Source: Alphaproteobacteria bacterium (GTDB lineage Bacteria > Pseudomonadota > Alphaproteobacteria > MPNO01 > UBA830). Taken from it: a stretch of DNA of 64,000 nt. This document shows positions 20,587-30,760 of the stretch, one piece after another (positions within the stretch are counted from its first letter, which is position 1; every line of letters begins with the position of its first letter). Below the pieces are notes generated by a model. The model saw only the letters and a list, made by a program, of their open reading frames with translations, ran no database searches and was not told the origin of the DNA. The stretch spans positions 3,520,001-3,584,000 of the forward strand of contig OZ251539.1 in the NCBI GenBank assembly GCA_965243135.1, in the 5' to 3' direction. Both the position numbers and the translations under genes were made by a program.

Positions 20587-21654
20587 CTACCGGGGAGGTT
20601 CCTGCATCCGGCGGCTCAACTCGTGAACCGAACTTCCCAGGAGTTCGGCCGCCTTGGCCTCCGAGATCGCGCCTTCCGCGAGAGCGCGGAAGCACAGGCG
20701 CTCGAAACGCTTGGGCTTCTCGCCCTTCATGGCGTGGGGCTCCCGATACGGCGGACTGCGCCAGCCACGACGCGAGAACTCGTCGAACAACTGCCGGAAC
20801 AACGTTTCACTGAAAATGCCAAGCTCCCTGCAACGATAGGCGAGAGCTTGCACGCTCACGCCGAAAATTCGTTTCAAGTCGAAGAGTTCATCCCAGACCA
20901 CGGACTTGCGACGTCTACCGATCTCCGCTCGAAGCGTCTCCGCCGGCATGAGGAACGCCCCGGCAAATCGGTGCGCTGCCTTCTCGGCGTCGACCTTCGG
21001 GGCAACATCCATGATCATGTGGCCGAGCTCATGCGCAATCGTAAAGCGCTGCCGCTCGCCCCAGTGCTCTTGCTCTTGGTTCACGACAATGACGGATGCT
21101 GCGCTTCCGTCTTCACGGCGGACCCTGGCCGTCAGGCCGTCGACACCGGTGAGGTCCACAGAGATGACCTTGATGCCGCGCACTTCCGACAAGTCGACCA
21201 GATTGGCTATCGGATTGAGACCTACCCTCCAGTGAACGCGAAGCCCTTGGGCGGCGAGCTCCGCCTCGGCCGGATCGCGCAGTACAGGCCAGGGCGCCTC
21301 TCGCGGCCGATCCCAAGCGACGCTGGGCAGACGGAGAAGTTCCTCGACCGTAAGATACCGTTCCAGCAGGTGCAGCACTCTGGCCTCGATTCGGGCTTCC
21401 TCGCGTTTGCTCGTAGGCTTCTTCCTACGGAACTCGACAGCCTCCAAAACTATGTCCTGATCGCCGACCAGATAGTCCACGGTCACGTCGAGCGCGTCGG
21501 CAAGCGCGATAAGAACCCCGGAACTCGGCATTGCCTCGTCGCGCTCGTACTTGCTGATCGCCTGCGCCGTCACGCGGTTGTCGATTCTGGCCTCCAGATC
21601 CCTCAACGACAATCCTGCGGCTGATCTCAAGACATTAAGCCGTTGACCTATCAT
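20587..21654 (-). CDS. XRE HTH-ImmA/IrrE zinc metallopeptidase
   Basis: N-terminal HTH (ISKYE), RQRFTIAHELGH (HEXXH), AHRFAGAFLMP. Confidence 0.92.
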   Translation of the reverse strand: MIGQRLNVLRSAAGLSLRDLEARIDNRVTAQAISKYERDEAMPSSGVLIALADALDVTVDYLVGDQDIVLEAVEFRRKKPTSKREEARIEARVLHLLERYLTVEELLRLPSVAWDRPREAPWPVLRDPAEAELAAQGLRVHWRVGLNPIANLVDLSEVRGIKVISVDLTGVDGLTARVRREDGSAASVIVVNQEQEHWGERQRFTIAHELGHMIMDVAPKVDAEKAAHRFAGAFLMPAETLRAEIGRRRKSVVWDELFDLKRIFGVSVQALAYRCRELGIFSETLFRQLFDEFSRRGWRSPPYREPHAMKGEKPKRFERLCFRALAEGAISEAKAAELLGSSVHELSRRMQEPPR

Positions 21655-21682
21655 TGTTTTTATCCTCCATTAGACAGTTGAT

Positions 21683-21711
21683 AAAATATGCATTGAAATC
21701 TAATTTGTCAA
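21683..21711 (-). promoter_or_regulatory. Sigma70-like promoter TTGACA-17-TATTTT with flanking imperfect palindrome
   Basis: Minus strand TTGACAaattagatttcaatgcaTATTTT, then GGAGG RBS before 21654. Confidence 0.65.
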
Positions 21712-21726
21712 ACAAGATCTGAAACT

Positions 21727-22405
21727 GAGCCGTTTGCGCTGTGCCATTTTTTTGTCGGCGGCCGGCCGGCACCCCGCGGACCGCGCCGCCTTCAGAACAA
21801 AAGCGAATATCCGGTTGCCGCGGGCCGCGCCGCAAACCCGGGGCGAGCCGGGCGGCCTGAACGCAGGCGGCCGGATCGGGGGGCAGCGGTCGGACGACCG
21901 CAGCGGTCATCCCGTGTCGCGCACCTGACCGATCAGCTACCGCCCCGACGTTCCACCCGCAAACGCCCGAGCACGACCGCCGTCACGAGACCGAGTCGCG
22001 GACGCATTTACGCCGCGGACATAGTGCTTCTTCATAAGCGTTGTCGAACCGGCTGTAGCTTCGCGGCGGAGCGGCGGTTCGCGCTTCCAAGAGGGGTTGC
22101 CCCTGAAGACTGGCGTGAAGATCCGCCCGTCATGCTTTTCCGGGTCGACGCGGGCGACCGTACTCGCCGGCTTGGCACCCGGCGGCCCGGCGGCATTCCT
22201 ACCCGTAGCGAACCCGCCAGGTTTTTTTGCGCGGCGCGGCCGTTTGCCGCAGGGGGCGGCGTCCGGCCGGTCCTTGGGGTGGAATCTGCGAAAATCGCGG
22301 CATCAGCGCGGAAAATTCGCAGTTTTCCGCGCCCGAGGAAAAATTCCGCGCCCCTGAAAGCTGTCCGCATTTCAAGACGTTACGAACAGCGCACGCGACT
22401 CATCC
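21727..22405. repeat. Non-coding repeated element, copy 1 (res-like site at ~22362-22388)
   Basis: Both ends match the reverse complement of 55405-55751; this copy has ~300 extra central bases. Confidence 0.8.
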
Positions 22406-22457
22406 GCCGCGACCCGCAGGTAGTTGCACACGCCAAAGGTCAGAAGACGAACACACA

Positions 22458-22976
22458 TCAGGCGCATACTTCCCTGAAGCTACGGAGTTTCAGGCGGAAC
22501 CGGTGATGGGATGACCAATCATCCTTGATGCTATCCGCCTCCGCAATATCGAGTAACCCTTCTTTGATCATGGAAGCCATGAGATCCTGTGTTGTAAGGA
22601 GACGGAGTGCTTGATCGGTACGCCGTGCTTGCGCCATGGCTTGGCGATCATCAATAGCCAATACATACTGCCGATGTACGGCCACGGCGATGGCAGAGCA
22701 TTCACCGGCTCCCAGGCGGCCGGACGCTGACAAAGATCCGAAGAGAGACATCTCCCCGGGATTGGCAATGCTTACTTGCGAAACGGCGCTCTCGTCGATT
22801 GTCTCGGAGAACCGTTTCTGCTGCTCTGGATATTGATCGGATATTTCGGCGGCGACATGATCCGTAGCGACGAAATCGTGAGAGTGGCGAGCAACGAGAT
22901 CCATCCGGTCAATGCGGAGGAAATTCACCAAGACTGACGTATCTGCCACGATAATTGCGGGTTTGCCTTCTACCAC
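22458..22976 (-). CDS. PIN-domain protein
   Basis: IVADTSVLVNF, EI, LGAGECSAIA.A, LAIDD..A. Confidence 0.85.
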   Translation of the reverse strand: MVEGKPAIIVADTSVLVNFLRIDRMDLVARHSHDFVATDHVAAEISDQYPEQQKRFSETIDESAVSQVSIANPGEMSLFGSLSASGRLGAGECSAIAVAVHRQYVLAIDDRQAMAQARRTDQALRLLTTQDLMASMIKEGLLDIAEADSIKDDWSSHHRFRLKLRSFREVCA

Positions 22977-22984
22977 AACACAGA

Positions 22985-24247
22985 TTATTCCCCACGAGCA
23001 ATTTTGGCTAAATCAAGCAGAGTGCGGCCGCGCATATTCAGCGTCTTGTTCAATTCGAGAACGCGGCCGCGAGAAATCTCCTTGCGGCGATAGGCCTCGA
23101 TGGCGAGATGAGCTATCTCTCTTCGGAGTTCGCGGTCCCAACGATGGCGCCGCTCAGGTTTCCCCACTTCGCCGAACATGTCGAGAGCCTTCAGATACTT
23201 GCGCCCGGCGTTTTCCTGTTCCCTGAGCTCCTGGCATTCTGGATGGGAGATGCACCGAAGGCTTTTCGACCGGTACAAGGCCGCTTGGTAGCTCACGCCG
23301 AAATGGTGCGCCAGCATGGCGATATCCTTGTAGGCGATGCGTTGAGAATGCGCCGGCGAGCGAAGCTCGGTTTCAATACGGCCACCGGTGGCGACATCGA
23401 AGACGGTCTGCCCCTGACGGCTCGCACGGCCTTTGTCCAAGCTCTGCAACGCTTCGTAGACCCCATTTCTCGGCATGAGGAAAGCGGCGGCAAACGCGTT
23501 CGCGCGCCGCTCTACCATTTCGGATGCGTTGTCGGCGCTGGAAACCGCAATGTTACGATTCCGATCGAGCAGGGTATGAGCATATTCATGGGCATAGGAG
23601 AAACGCTTGCGGCCCCTCGGATGAAGCGAATTGACGAGGATCGCCAGTCCAAGGCTCGAATGCCGCAGGAACAGACCCGACATCCAGTCCGGAAGTTCGA
23701 CACCCGATGCCCAGATGTCTTGGGACGCAATCAGTTTGCAGATATCGGCAATCGGTGCGTTGCCGACGCCGAGTCGGCGCCGCTCCTGTTCCGCGGTCCG
23801 CTCGCCTTGGGCCACGGCTTCTCCTATGGTGCGCGGCATCCGCGTCTCGTAGCTTGGCGGACCGGGGCGAGGTTCGGCGCCGAGCAGACGCTTCAGCCTC
23901 ACGCCTTCACGGCAAAGGCCGATACAGCGAGCGACCTGTTCGCGCGTCAATGAATTCCGTTCCAGCCTGGGCGCAGCGCGGCACAGCGCCACCAGCATGT
24001 CCTCGTCCTCGTTCTGAGCGCCTTCCTGCAGGAACTTAGCGACCGGGTGGAGGTAGAGCTCGGCAAGCCTCGTCAGTTCAAGCGTCGACACCGAGCGATT
24101 GCCCGCCTCCAACTGAGTGATCGCGGTTCGCGGCAGGCTCAGCGCATCGGCCACCGCCTGTTGACTGAGGCCCCTCGCCTCGCGTTTCGTGCGCAATCTG
24201 CGTCCGAGCTCCTCCGCCTCCATCGTCTGATCTCTCCTCTGCTGCAT
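22985..24247 (-). CDS. XRE HTH-ImmA/IrrE zinc metallopeptidase
   Basis: HTH LSQQAVADAL..PRTAITQLEAG, RKRFSYAHEYAH, ERRANAFAAAFLMP. TTGACA-17-CAAAAT promoter at 24299-24271. Confidence 0.92.
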   Translation of the reverse strand: MQQRRDQTMEAEELGRRLRTKREARGLSQQAVADALSLPRTAITQLEAGNRSVSTLELTRLAELYLHPVAKFLQEGAQNEDEDMLVALCRAAPRLERNSLTREQVARCIGLCREGVRLKRLLGAEPRPGPPSYETRMPRTIGEAVAQGERTAEQERRRLGVGNAPIADICKLIASQDIWASGVELPDWMSGLFLRHSSLGLAILVNSLHPRGRKRFSYAHEYAHTLLDRNRNIAVSSADNASEMVERRANAFAAAFLMPRNGVYEALQSLDKGRASRQGQTVFDVATGGRIETELRSPAHSQRIAYKDIAMLAHHFGVSYQAALYRSKSLRCISHPECQELREQENAGRKYLKALDMFGEVGKPERRHRWDRELRREIAHLAIEAYRRKEISRGRVLELNKTLNMRGRTLLDLAKIARGE

Positions 24248-24399
24248 CGCTCATGACGGCAACAGGTCAAATTTTGCAATGTCGAACATAAAATGTCAAG
24301 ATAATCTATTGACAGGTCGAAAATCGAACATATATCTCGGGATCAGGCAGCTCCTGACGTGCTGCGCCTCATGCGGTCGATGATACTGGCATGCAGCAG

Positions 24400-24772
24400 G
24401 CGTGACGATACGCGTGTTGCAACCCGTAAGCAGGCGGAATTCGGCGAGAGGTGAGGCGACAGGGCATCGCGCCCGGGTGACCCAGCCGCAACCGGCGGTT
24501 CACGCTCCGCCGGTGACGGTCCACGCCAGTATCGTCGAACAGGCTTATGTCGTCGGCGATGAACCGATGACGCGGCGTGGACACGGCGGTCCGGAGGCGC
24601 GCCATGGCTTCCCCGACGCTCAAGGCGTACCGGGGTTGGAAGAGGATGCGAACGCTTCTGCGTCAGGGGACAGGATGCCCGCGCTTCGCGAGTCAGTCCG
24701 ACGCCGCCGCGTGATAGACATGGATCTCGTCAAGCAGCGCAATCAGGACGTTGACGCCGAGCAACGCCCTCG
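24400..24772 (-). pseudogene. VapC PIN toxin remnant
   Basis: RALLGVNVLIALLD..HV.H (catalytic D lost), in-frame stops, H.FIADDISL.D. Confidence 0.65.
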
Positions 24773-24776
24773 CGAG

Positions 24777-25028
24777 TCAGGCTCTCGCCTCCTCGCGAAG
24801 CTCGTTGACCAGTTCGTCGGTGACGACGGCTCCCCCCGCAGGAATGGGATCGAAGCCATGTGCATGCAAAACGTGTCGCGGTCTGTCGGCGGACACGGGA
24901 AGCGAACGCAGCTGCAAAGCTTCACGCATCACGTCCGAGACGAACTTCCCGGTCGTCGTCCGTTTCCGCCTGGCGAGTTCCTTCGCCGCCGCAAGGATGT
25001 CGTCGTCAATGTTGAGCGTGGTGCGCAT
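24777..25028 (-). CDS. VapB/CopG-like RHH antitoxin
   Basis: MRTTLNIDDDILAAAKELARR...GF.P.P.GG.VVT.ELVNELRE. Confidence 0.85.
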   Translation of the reverse strand: MRTTLNIDDDILAAAKELARRKRTTTGKFVSDVMREALQLRSLPVSADRPRHVLHAHGFDPIPAGGAVVTDELVNELREEARA

Positions 25029-25177
25029 GGGCGTTTCCCGAGGATGCTTCAAACTATCTTGTGCACGGGCATGATAAGGAAACATTCGAAGAACTCGATC
25101 AAAAGGCTTTTGGCAGCAGCCGAGTTCACTGGTTGCCTTCAGGGCCACGCCATGGCGCTGCGGGCTGTGTTGAAAGA

Positions 25178-25305
25178 AAACGGCGTTTCCCGACCCCATC
25201 ACTCTCAGGCGTGCGAGGAAACGGAAACGCCTTCCTTCCAAGCGCGGAGCGGACATCCTCGTCTATTTTGCACCTGAAACTGCCGATTATCGTGACTGCT
25301 CGCAC
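25178..25305 (-). repeat. Long inverted repeat, right arm (pairs with 19943-20052)
   Basis: Ends CTGAAACTGCCGATTATCGTGACTGCTCGCAC; ~18 extra internal bases relative to the left arm. Confidence 0.9.
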
Positions 25306-26051
25306 GCGGGTAGTGTGTTGCGGGCTCCCGGCCGTCCGTCTACGGCTACCGTCCTGATTCCGTTCCAGAGCGTGGGCTCTGCGTCGTACGCATCCGCGAC
25401 TCCAGTTCCTGCTCCAGTCTGCGTCGCTCCTCCGCTGCATCCGCTTCCGTCACGATCCCTGCCCCTACATATGCCCGTACCGCTTCGGCCACGGACTCAA
25501 CCTTCACGACACGCCTCAGGTTGCCGTCCCGCCCGCCAGTGAACCTCCACCCCGATGTCGGTCACCAATTACAGCTCTGGCTTGCCAAGTGGATCTTCCT
25601 CCTTCAGCGTCGCCAGCAGCACGAGGGCTCCTCGCCATACCTCCATGAACCGGGCGCGCTCCGCCCTGCCCGGCAACTTACCACGTGGCTCGCGCTGTAT
25701 TTCAGCATGCGCTCGATTCCCCGGCACAGGTCCGTCCGTGACACTCCGAAGCCTGTTCCCTTCGGCATCCGTCAGTCTGCGGATGTCTCCCGCCTTGGCC
25801 TTGATCGTGCCCCGCGTTCCTCGCCGGCCTGCGATTCCACCCTGCGCATCTCCGGTCTACCGATGCCCCGCCTTCCTCCTCGGTCCACTGGAGTTTCCTG
25901 CGGGGAAACGCGGCCTGGGAAGGCGCACCGCCGACAGTCTCTTGCCCTCCAAGGGTAATCTACGTTCCAGCTCTTCGTCGTTCTCGACGATCCCAGGCGA
26001 TCCGTGCGTTCGTTCCTCCTCCGGAAACTTCTCCCCGCGCCTCGCCAACCC

Positions 26052-26447
26052 TTATATCCCCTCGCGCGCCTCGTCCAACCATGACATGACCCGGCTGAGT
26101 TCTTCTCCGCCGTATCTCCGGAAGTATCCTTCTCTGCTCTCCTCGCTCAGGGTACGGCTGACGTAGTACCCGACGCTGCCATCCTCCTCCGTGCCGATCT
26201 CGACCCTGCCGTACCCGCTGCGCCAGACGATGCAGATCTCCCATGCCTCGTCGGCGTAGACCTCGTCGGGTCGCTTCCACTCCTCGCGCAGCCCGAGCAA
26301 CGCCGCGATCCGGTCCCTGTTTTCTGCGATCCGCTGGCTCGTCGCGCCCTTGACTTGGGCTGCCCGCAAGGTGTCGGCGTCGATCGTGTCCAAGATCTCC
26401 CGGGTCGTCTTCGTCTCCCGGCCGCTTCCACTCGTGTCGATCATCCA
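26052..26447 (-). CDS. Hypothetical protein
   Basis: Protein-like acidic ORF in a strand-biased region; no recognised motif. Confidence 0.35.
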   Translation of the reverse strand, partial: WMIDTSGSGRETKTTREILDTIDADTLRAAQVKGATSQRIAENRDRIAALLGLREEWKRPDEVYADEAWEICIVWRSGYGRVEIGTEEDGSVGYYVSRTLSEESREGYFRRYGGEELSRVMSWLDEAREGI

Positions 26448-26826
26448 CCCAAGACCTCTCTCATCTGCCTGCCATACGGTTCCGCTCCCGCATAGCATCT
26501 GCCGCTCCGCAGCGTCCCCTCCTCCTCCTCCTGCCTCGGCGCTTCGATGGACTGCAGCGTCCGGCTCGATCCTCGCCTCGGCGCCATCCATGGAACCGCA
26601 GGTGCCCGGGCCCGCTCCGCGCTTGCCGTCAAGCTCATGTCAACTCTCCTGGTTGAATGAGTCCGGCCGACCATATCCTCCGTGATCAGACCCCCGAACA
26701 GCGCATGGGTTCGCCCGTGCAGTCCTTCGGCTCGACCGTCGTTGTCCTTCCCGTCGACGGGCTGGAGGTTCCCGAACGCTCTGTCGAGCTTCAGGCGAAC
26801 GCTTGTCTATCCGAATCCCCAGGTCG

Positions 26827-26937
26827 TCACCACTGACTGGGCGTATCCGGTTTCCTTCCCGGCGCAGCTCCGCCTCGACGACGCGGAGATTCGATCATTT
26901 CAGGCGTCGGCAAAATCAGCAGCGGACGTTCCGCCAT
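26827..26937 (-). pseudogene. Possible 5' remnant of S8 protease partner (IetS-like)
   Basis: MAERPLLILPTPE..PRRRGG overlaps the ATPase 3' end as in ATPase-S8 operons; stops after 36 codons. Confidence 0.4.
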
Positions 26938-27919
26938 CGGCCTTCACCTGATGCTTCACGGTTCCGGCGCGCGCGGTCCAGATCGCAAGTTGATCCGACA
27001 CGATCGACTTCAGCGGCTTGCCGCCCATGGCAAGGGCATGGCAGCGTGCGATGTCGAGACAGAATTGCTCGACTTCGGCATAGCTTATCCTGCCGAGCTT
27101 TCTCGCAAGAACCATAGCCGAATGGCCCAGCGAGTCGTCGAACCGTTCCGCAAACGCCTCGATATAGTCCGCGACCGCCTTTTGCGTCGGCATAGGCAGC
27201 GACAGGCGAAGCTGGAAGCGGCGCCATGACGCCCGGTCCAGAAGTTCCGGATGGTTCGTCGCGCCGATAATGATCGTATAGCTCGGCAGATCGTCGAACT
27301 GCATGAGAAGCGAAGTGACGACGCGCTTGATTTCGCCGGTCTCGTGGCGGTCGCCCCGCTCCTTTCCGATCGCGTCGAACTCGTCGAAGAACAGAACGCA
27401 GGGCGTGGTGCGCGCATAGTCGAACACCCGCTTCAGACGCGCGGCTGTCTCTCCAAGATAGCTCCCGATCATCGCCTCGTAGCGCACTACGAGCAGCGGA
27501 ACGGCGATCGCCTCGGCGATTGCTTCGGCCAAGCTGGTCTTTCCCGTTCCCGGCGGCCCCGCGAGGAGAACGCGATGCCGCGGCTCCAGGCCGTACGCCC
27601 GCAACACGTCGGCCCGAATTTGTTCCTGAATTAATTGCGCGACAGCATTGTTCAGGGAGCCGGGCAGGATCAGGTCGTCGAGTCGGCGCCTCGGAACGAC
27701 CTCGGATACGAAATCGCGGCTTCCGGTGCGGGAGGCAGCGGCGGCCGGGGAGAGGTTGCCCCCGTTCAATCGCAGCACCCGGGTCAAACGCTCAGCCAGC
27801 ACGTTATGTTGTTTCGTGCGTTCTTCCGCGATGATCGCTTCCGCAGCGGCGCGCGCAGCGGCCTTGTCTCCCGACGTTCCGGCCTTCACCAAGGCTATCA
27901 ACAGATCGCTACGGGCCAT
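26900..27919 (-). CDS. AAA+ ATPase, SpoVK/Ycf46/Vps4 family (IetA-like)
   Basis: MARSDLLI.LV.AG, GPPGTGKT, SYLGETA, FFDEFDA, GEIKRVV, ATNHPELLDRA.WRRF. Confidence 0.9.
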   Translation of the reverse strand: MARSDLLIALVKAGTSGDKAAARAAAEAIIAEERTKQHNVLAERLTRVLRLNGGNLSPAAAASRTGSRDFVSEVVPRRRLDDLILPGSLNNAVAQLIQEQIRADVLRAYGLEPRHRVLLAGPPGTGKTSLAEAIAEAIAVPLLVVRYEAMIGSYLGETAARLKRVFDYARTTPCVLFFDEFDAIGKERGDRHETGEIKRVVTSLLMQFDDLPSYTIIIGATNHPELLDRASWRRFQLRLSLPMPTQKAVADYIEAFAERFDDSLGHSAMVLARKLGRISYAEVEQFCLDIARCHALAMGGKPLKSIVSDQLAIWTARAGTVKHQVKADGGTSAADFADA

Positions 27920-28129
27920 GGCATCGCGCCGGAAATTCAGCCTGCCGGGCAGAGCGCCTTACATGGGCATCCGCCAAGACAGCGTCGGCAAGAGGTTCCC
28001 CAACCTCCGCAGTACCGGTCTTTCCCGAACCGATGCCGGAAAACCGGCGTCCGATCAGTCGGCCGGAAACGGCGGGGCGAATAAGCGACATGCCTCCTCT
28101 CCCTGCGGATGCAGGCGGTCAACTGAACC

Positions 28130-28372
28130 GAATCCAGAAGTTTCGATACCAGCGCAGATTGCACGACGCAAACCGACACCGCGAATAATCCGCCGCATGT
28201 TCGAACGGCCGGCTGCTCGAACAGCGTAAACTCCGTCGTCACCATGTTGCGGATGAGGATGGCTACCCGAAGCTCACCATGGTGGTCCAAAGACTCATTG
28301 ACCCGCGCGTTCCATACCGTCAGCACGGCCCGACCGGTGTTTGCTGGTCGGACGCGCGGGTCGGAAATGCCG
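28130..28372 (-). pseudogene. Internal fragment of a conserved protein, possibly restriction-endonuclease-like
   Basis: GISDP....TGRAVLTVWNARVN...LRVAILIRNM.T.EFTLFE; cut at the start of the 2-kb repeat. Confidence 0.35.
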
Positions 28373-28516
28373 AGCGACAGGCTACAGGAAGACCAGCCTC
28401 AATGTCTGAGCGAGCTGCTTCTCCCCGCTGACACCCAAATTATGACCTTGCCTCCCGGCGCCGTGCGCATGCCGGCTATTCGGGTTATGATCGCACGTAG
28501 CGAAAGCCGTTCGACC

Positions 28517-30042
28517 ATGCGCTTCTTCAACACGGCCGGCCCGATCAGGCCCGAAAAGCACTATTGCATCCCGGCGCTGGAACGCCTGGACATGGACGAG
28601 GTGCTGCGGCTCGTTCGGGACGACAAGTATTTTGTGCTGCATGCCCCGAGGCAGACGGGCAAGACTTCCATATTGATCGCCCTGCAGGGTCTGCTGAACC
28701 GGCAAGGCTACCATTGCCTGTACGCCACCGTCGAGGGGGCGAGCACCGCTGGCCAAGACTTGGAGAGAGCAATAGGGACGGTGCTCGCCAATCTGGCATT
28801 CGAGGCGCGGGACGAGCTCGGCGATCCGTTCCTGGACGAAGTCTGGCCCGGCGTTCTTGCCGGGTCCCGATCATGCGTTGATGGAGGCGCTGGCGCGCTG
28901 GTCGCGGGCGTCGCCGAAGCCGCTCGTGCTGCTGATCGACGAGATCGACGCCTTGCAGGGCGGATCGCTGCTCTCGGTGCTCCGGCAGTTGCGCGCGGGT
29001 TACCGCAAGCGTCCGGGAGGCTTTCCGCAAAGCGTGGTGCTGTGCGGGATGCGGGACATGCGCGACTACCGCATGGACTCGACGGGCAGTCCCTTCAACA
29101 TCGTCGCGAAGTCGCTGCGTCTGGGGGACTTCAGCCGGGAGGAAACGCTGGCGTTGCTCGGCCAGCATACCGCCGAGACGGGGCAGGCGTTCACGGCGGA
29201 GGCGCAGGAGACGGTTTGGGAGCAGACCCTTGGCCAGCCGTGGCTGGTGAACGCGCTGGCGCAGGAGGCCTGCTTCGAGAGCGCGGCCGGGCGCGACCGC
29301 TCGCGCGCCGTGACGGGCGGCGACATCGCCGACGCGCGGGAGCGGCTCATCCTGAGCCGGGTGACCCATCTGGACCAGTTGGCGCACAGGCTCAGGGAGG
29401 ATCGCGTGCGGCGGGTGATCGAGCCGCTGTTGAGCGGCAGCGACCGCCGCCGCGCCACCAACCTCGACACCGAATACGTGCGGGATCTCGGCCTGATCGC
29501 GAAAGATGCGCCGCCGCGCATCGCCAACCCGATCTATGCCGAGGTGATCCCGCGCGAACTGACCTTCGAAGCCCAGGACGAGATCGAGGAAGACTCGGCC
29601 TGGTACGTCGGCGTCGGCGGCGGCCTCGACACGGCGAAGGGCGGCGTTCCAGACGTTCTTCCGCGAGAACTCGGAGCACTGGAAGGACCGCTTCGCGTAC
29701 CCGAAGGCCTGGCCGCAGCTTCTGCTGCAGGCGTTTCTGCAGCGGGTGCTCAACGGCGGCGGGCGGATCGAACGAGAGTTCGGGCTGGGTCGGAGGCGCG
29801 TCGACTTGCTGATCGTCTGGCCGAAGGGCGGCGGCGAGCAGAAGTTCGTGGTCGAGTGCAAGGTGCTGCGCGGGAGCCTGGAGGCGACGGTCGCCGCGGG
29901 ACTGGAGCAGGTTGCGGGCTACATGGACCGCTGCGCGGCGGAGACGGGCCACCTGGTGATCTTCGACCGCGACGAGAAGAAGCCCTGGAGCGAGAAGATC
30001 TTCCATCGCTCGGAATCGAACGTCGAGATCTGGGGGATGTAG
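28517..30042 (+). pseudogene. AAA-like ATPase with C-terminal PD-(D/E)XK domain, copy 1 (frameshifted)
   Basis: MRFFNTAGP, HAPRQTGKTS, LLIDEID, SPFNI, GQPWLVNALA, IANPIY.EV, RVDL...ECK. Two frameshifts. Confidence 0.88.
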
Positions 30043-30254
30043 CTGGCAATTTTCCCTCGGACAGCCAAGATTCGCGTGCGGAGGTCAGCCGGGCGGCGGC
30101 TCTCGTCCACACGCCACGGGAACCGGACATTGCCTTGGCAACCACCCTCGTGGACATGTCCGACCGGGCGCGAGAACTTAACCGGACAAGCGGACGAGGC
30201 CGCCGGAAACGAACGAGAAGCCGCGTGGCCATGACGACGTCAAAGGACGCGCAC

Positions 30255-30398
30255 ATGATCGCGCAGTTCACCGATTTCGGCGCGGCGGGCGTCGGCCAGA
30301 GCCGCCCTCCTCCGGGAAGCGCCTGAAGTGCCCGTGATCGACCTGCAGCACGATGCGCCGCCGTTCCGGGCGCAAGCATCCGCCTACCTGCTTGCGGC
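30255..30398 (+). pseudogene. Truncated 5' duplicate of the DUF62 gene
   Basis: MIAQFTDFG...PVIDLQHDAPPF.AQASAYLLAA matches 34724 onward. Confidence 0.85.
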
Positions 30399-30760
30399 AA
30401 CCAAGCCGTACGTTGCGTGGGCGAATGCCGAAAACACGCTGCCCAGCTGCGGTCGGGCGAGACAGGTTGCCGGTCGGGGCGTGGATCGAGAACTTGCCCG
30501 AGCTTTCGCTTCTCTCGCGAAACTCGGCCCGTCATTCTTGTTCGAGCGCCTGTCAACATGATCGACGCACCGGAGGCAAACCCGAGATGCCGACAGCGAT
30601 CGTTCGGCTCACATGCAGATGTCTCCTTCGCCGACGCCGCTCTCAAGATGCCAAAGCGAACGCATCTGAGTTTCGGCGCGTGGCCTCCCCTCGAGGCATC
30701 CTGAGCGCCTCCCGGCGGCGCGCGCCTGTCCGAAAACCGAAAGCCCGCACCTGCACGCGT

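Larger units (their letters stand above)
28376..30398 (+). repeat. ~2-kb direct repeat, copy 1 (pairs with 32990-34878)
   Basis: Both copies run from GACAGGCTACAGGAAG to CCGCCTACCTGCTTGCGGC. Confidence 0.92.
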
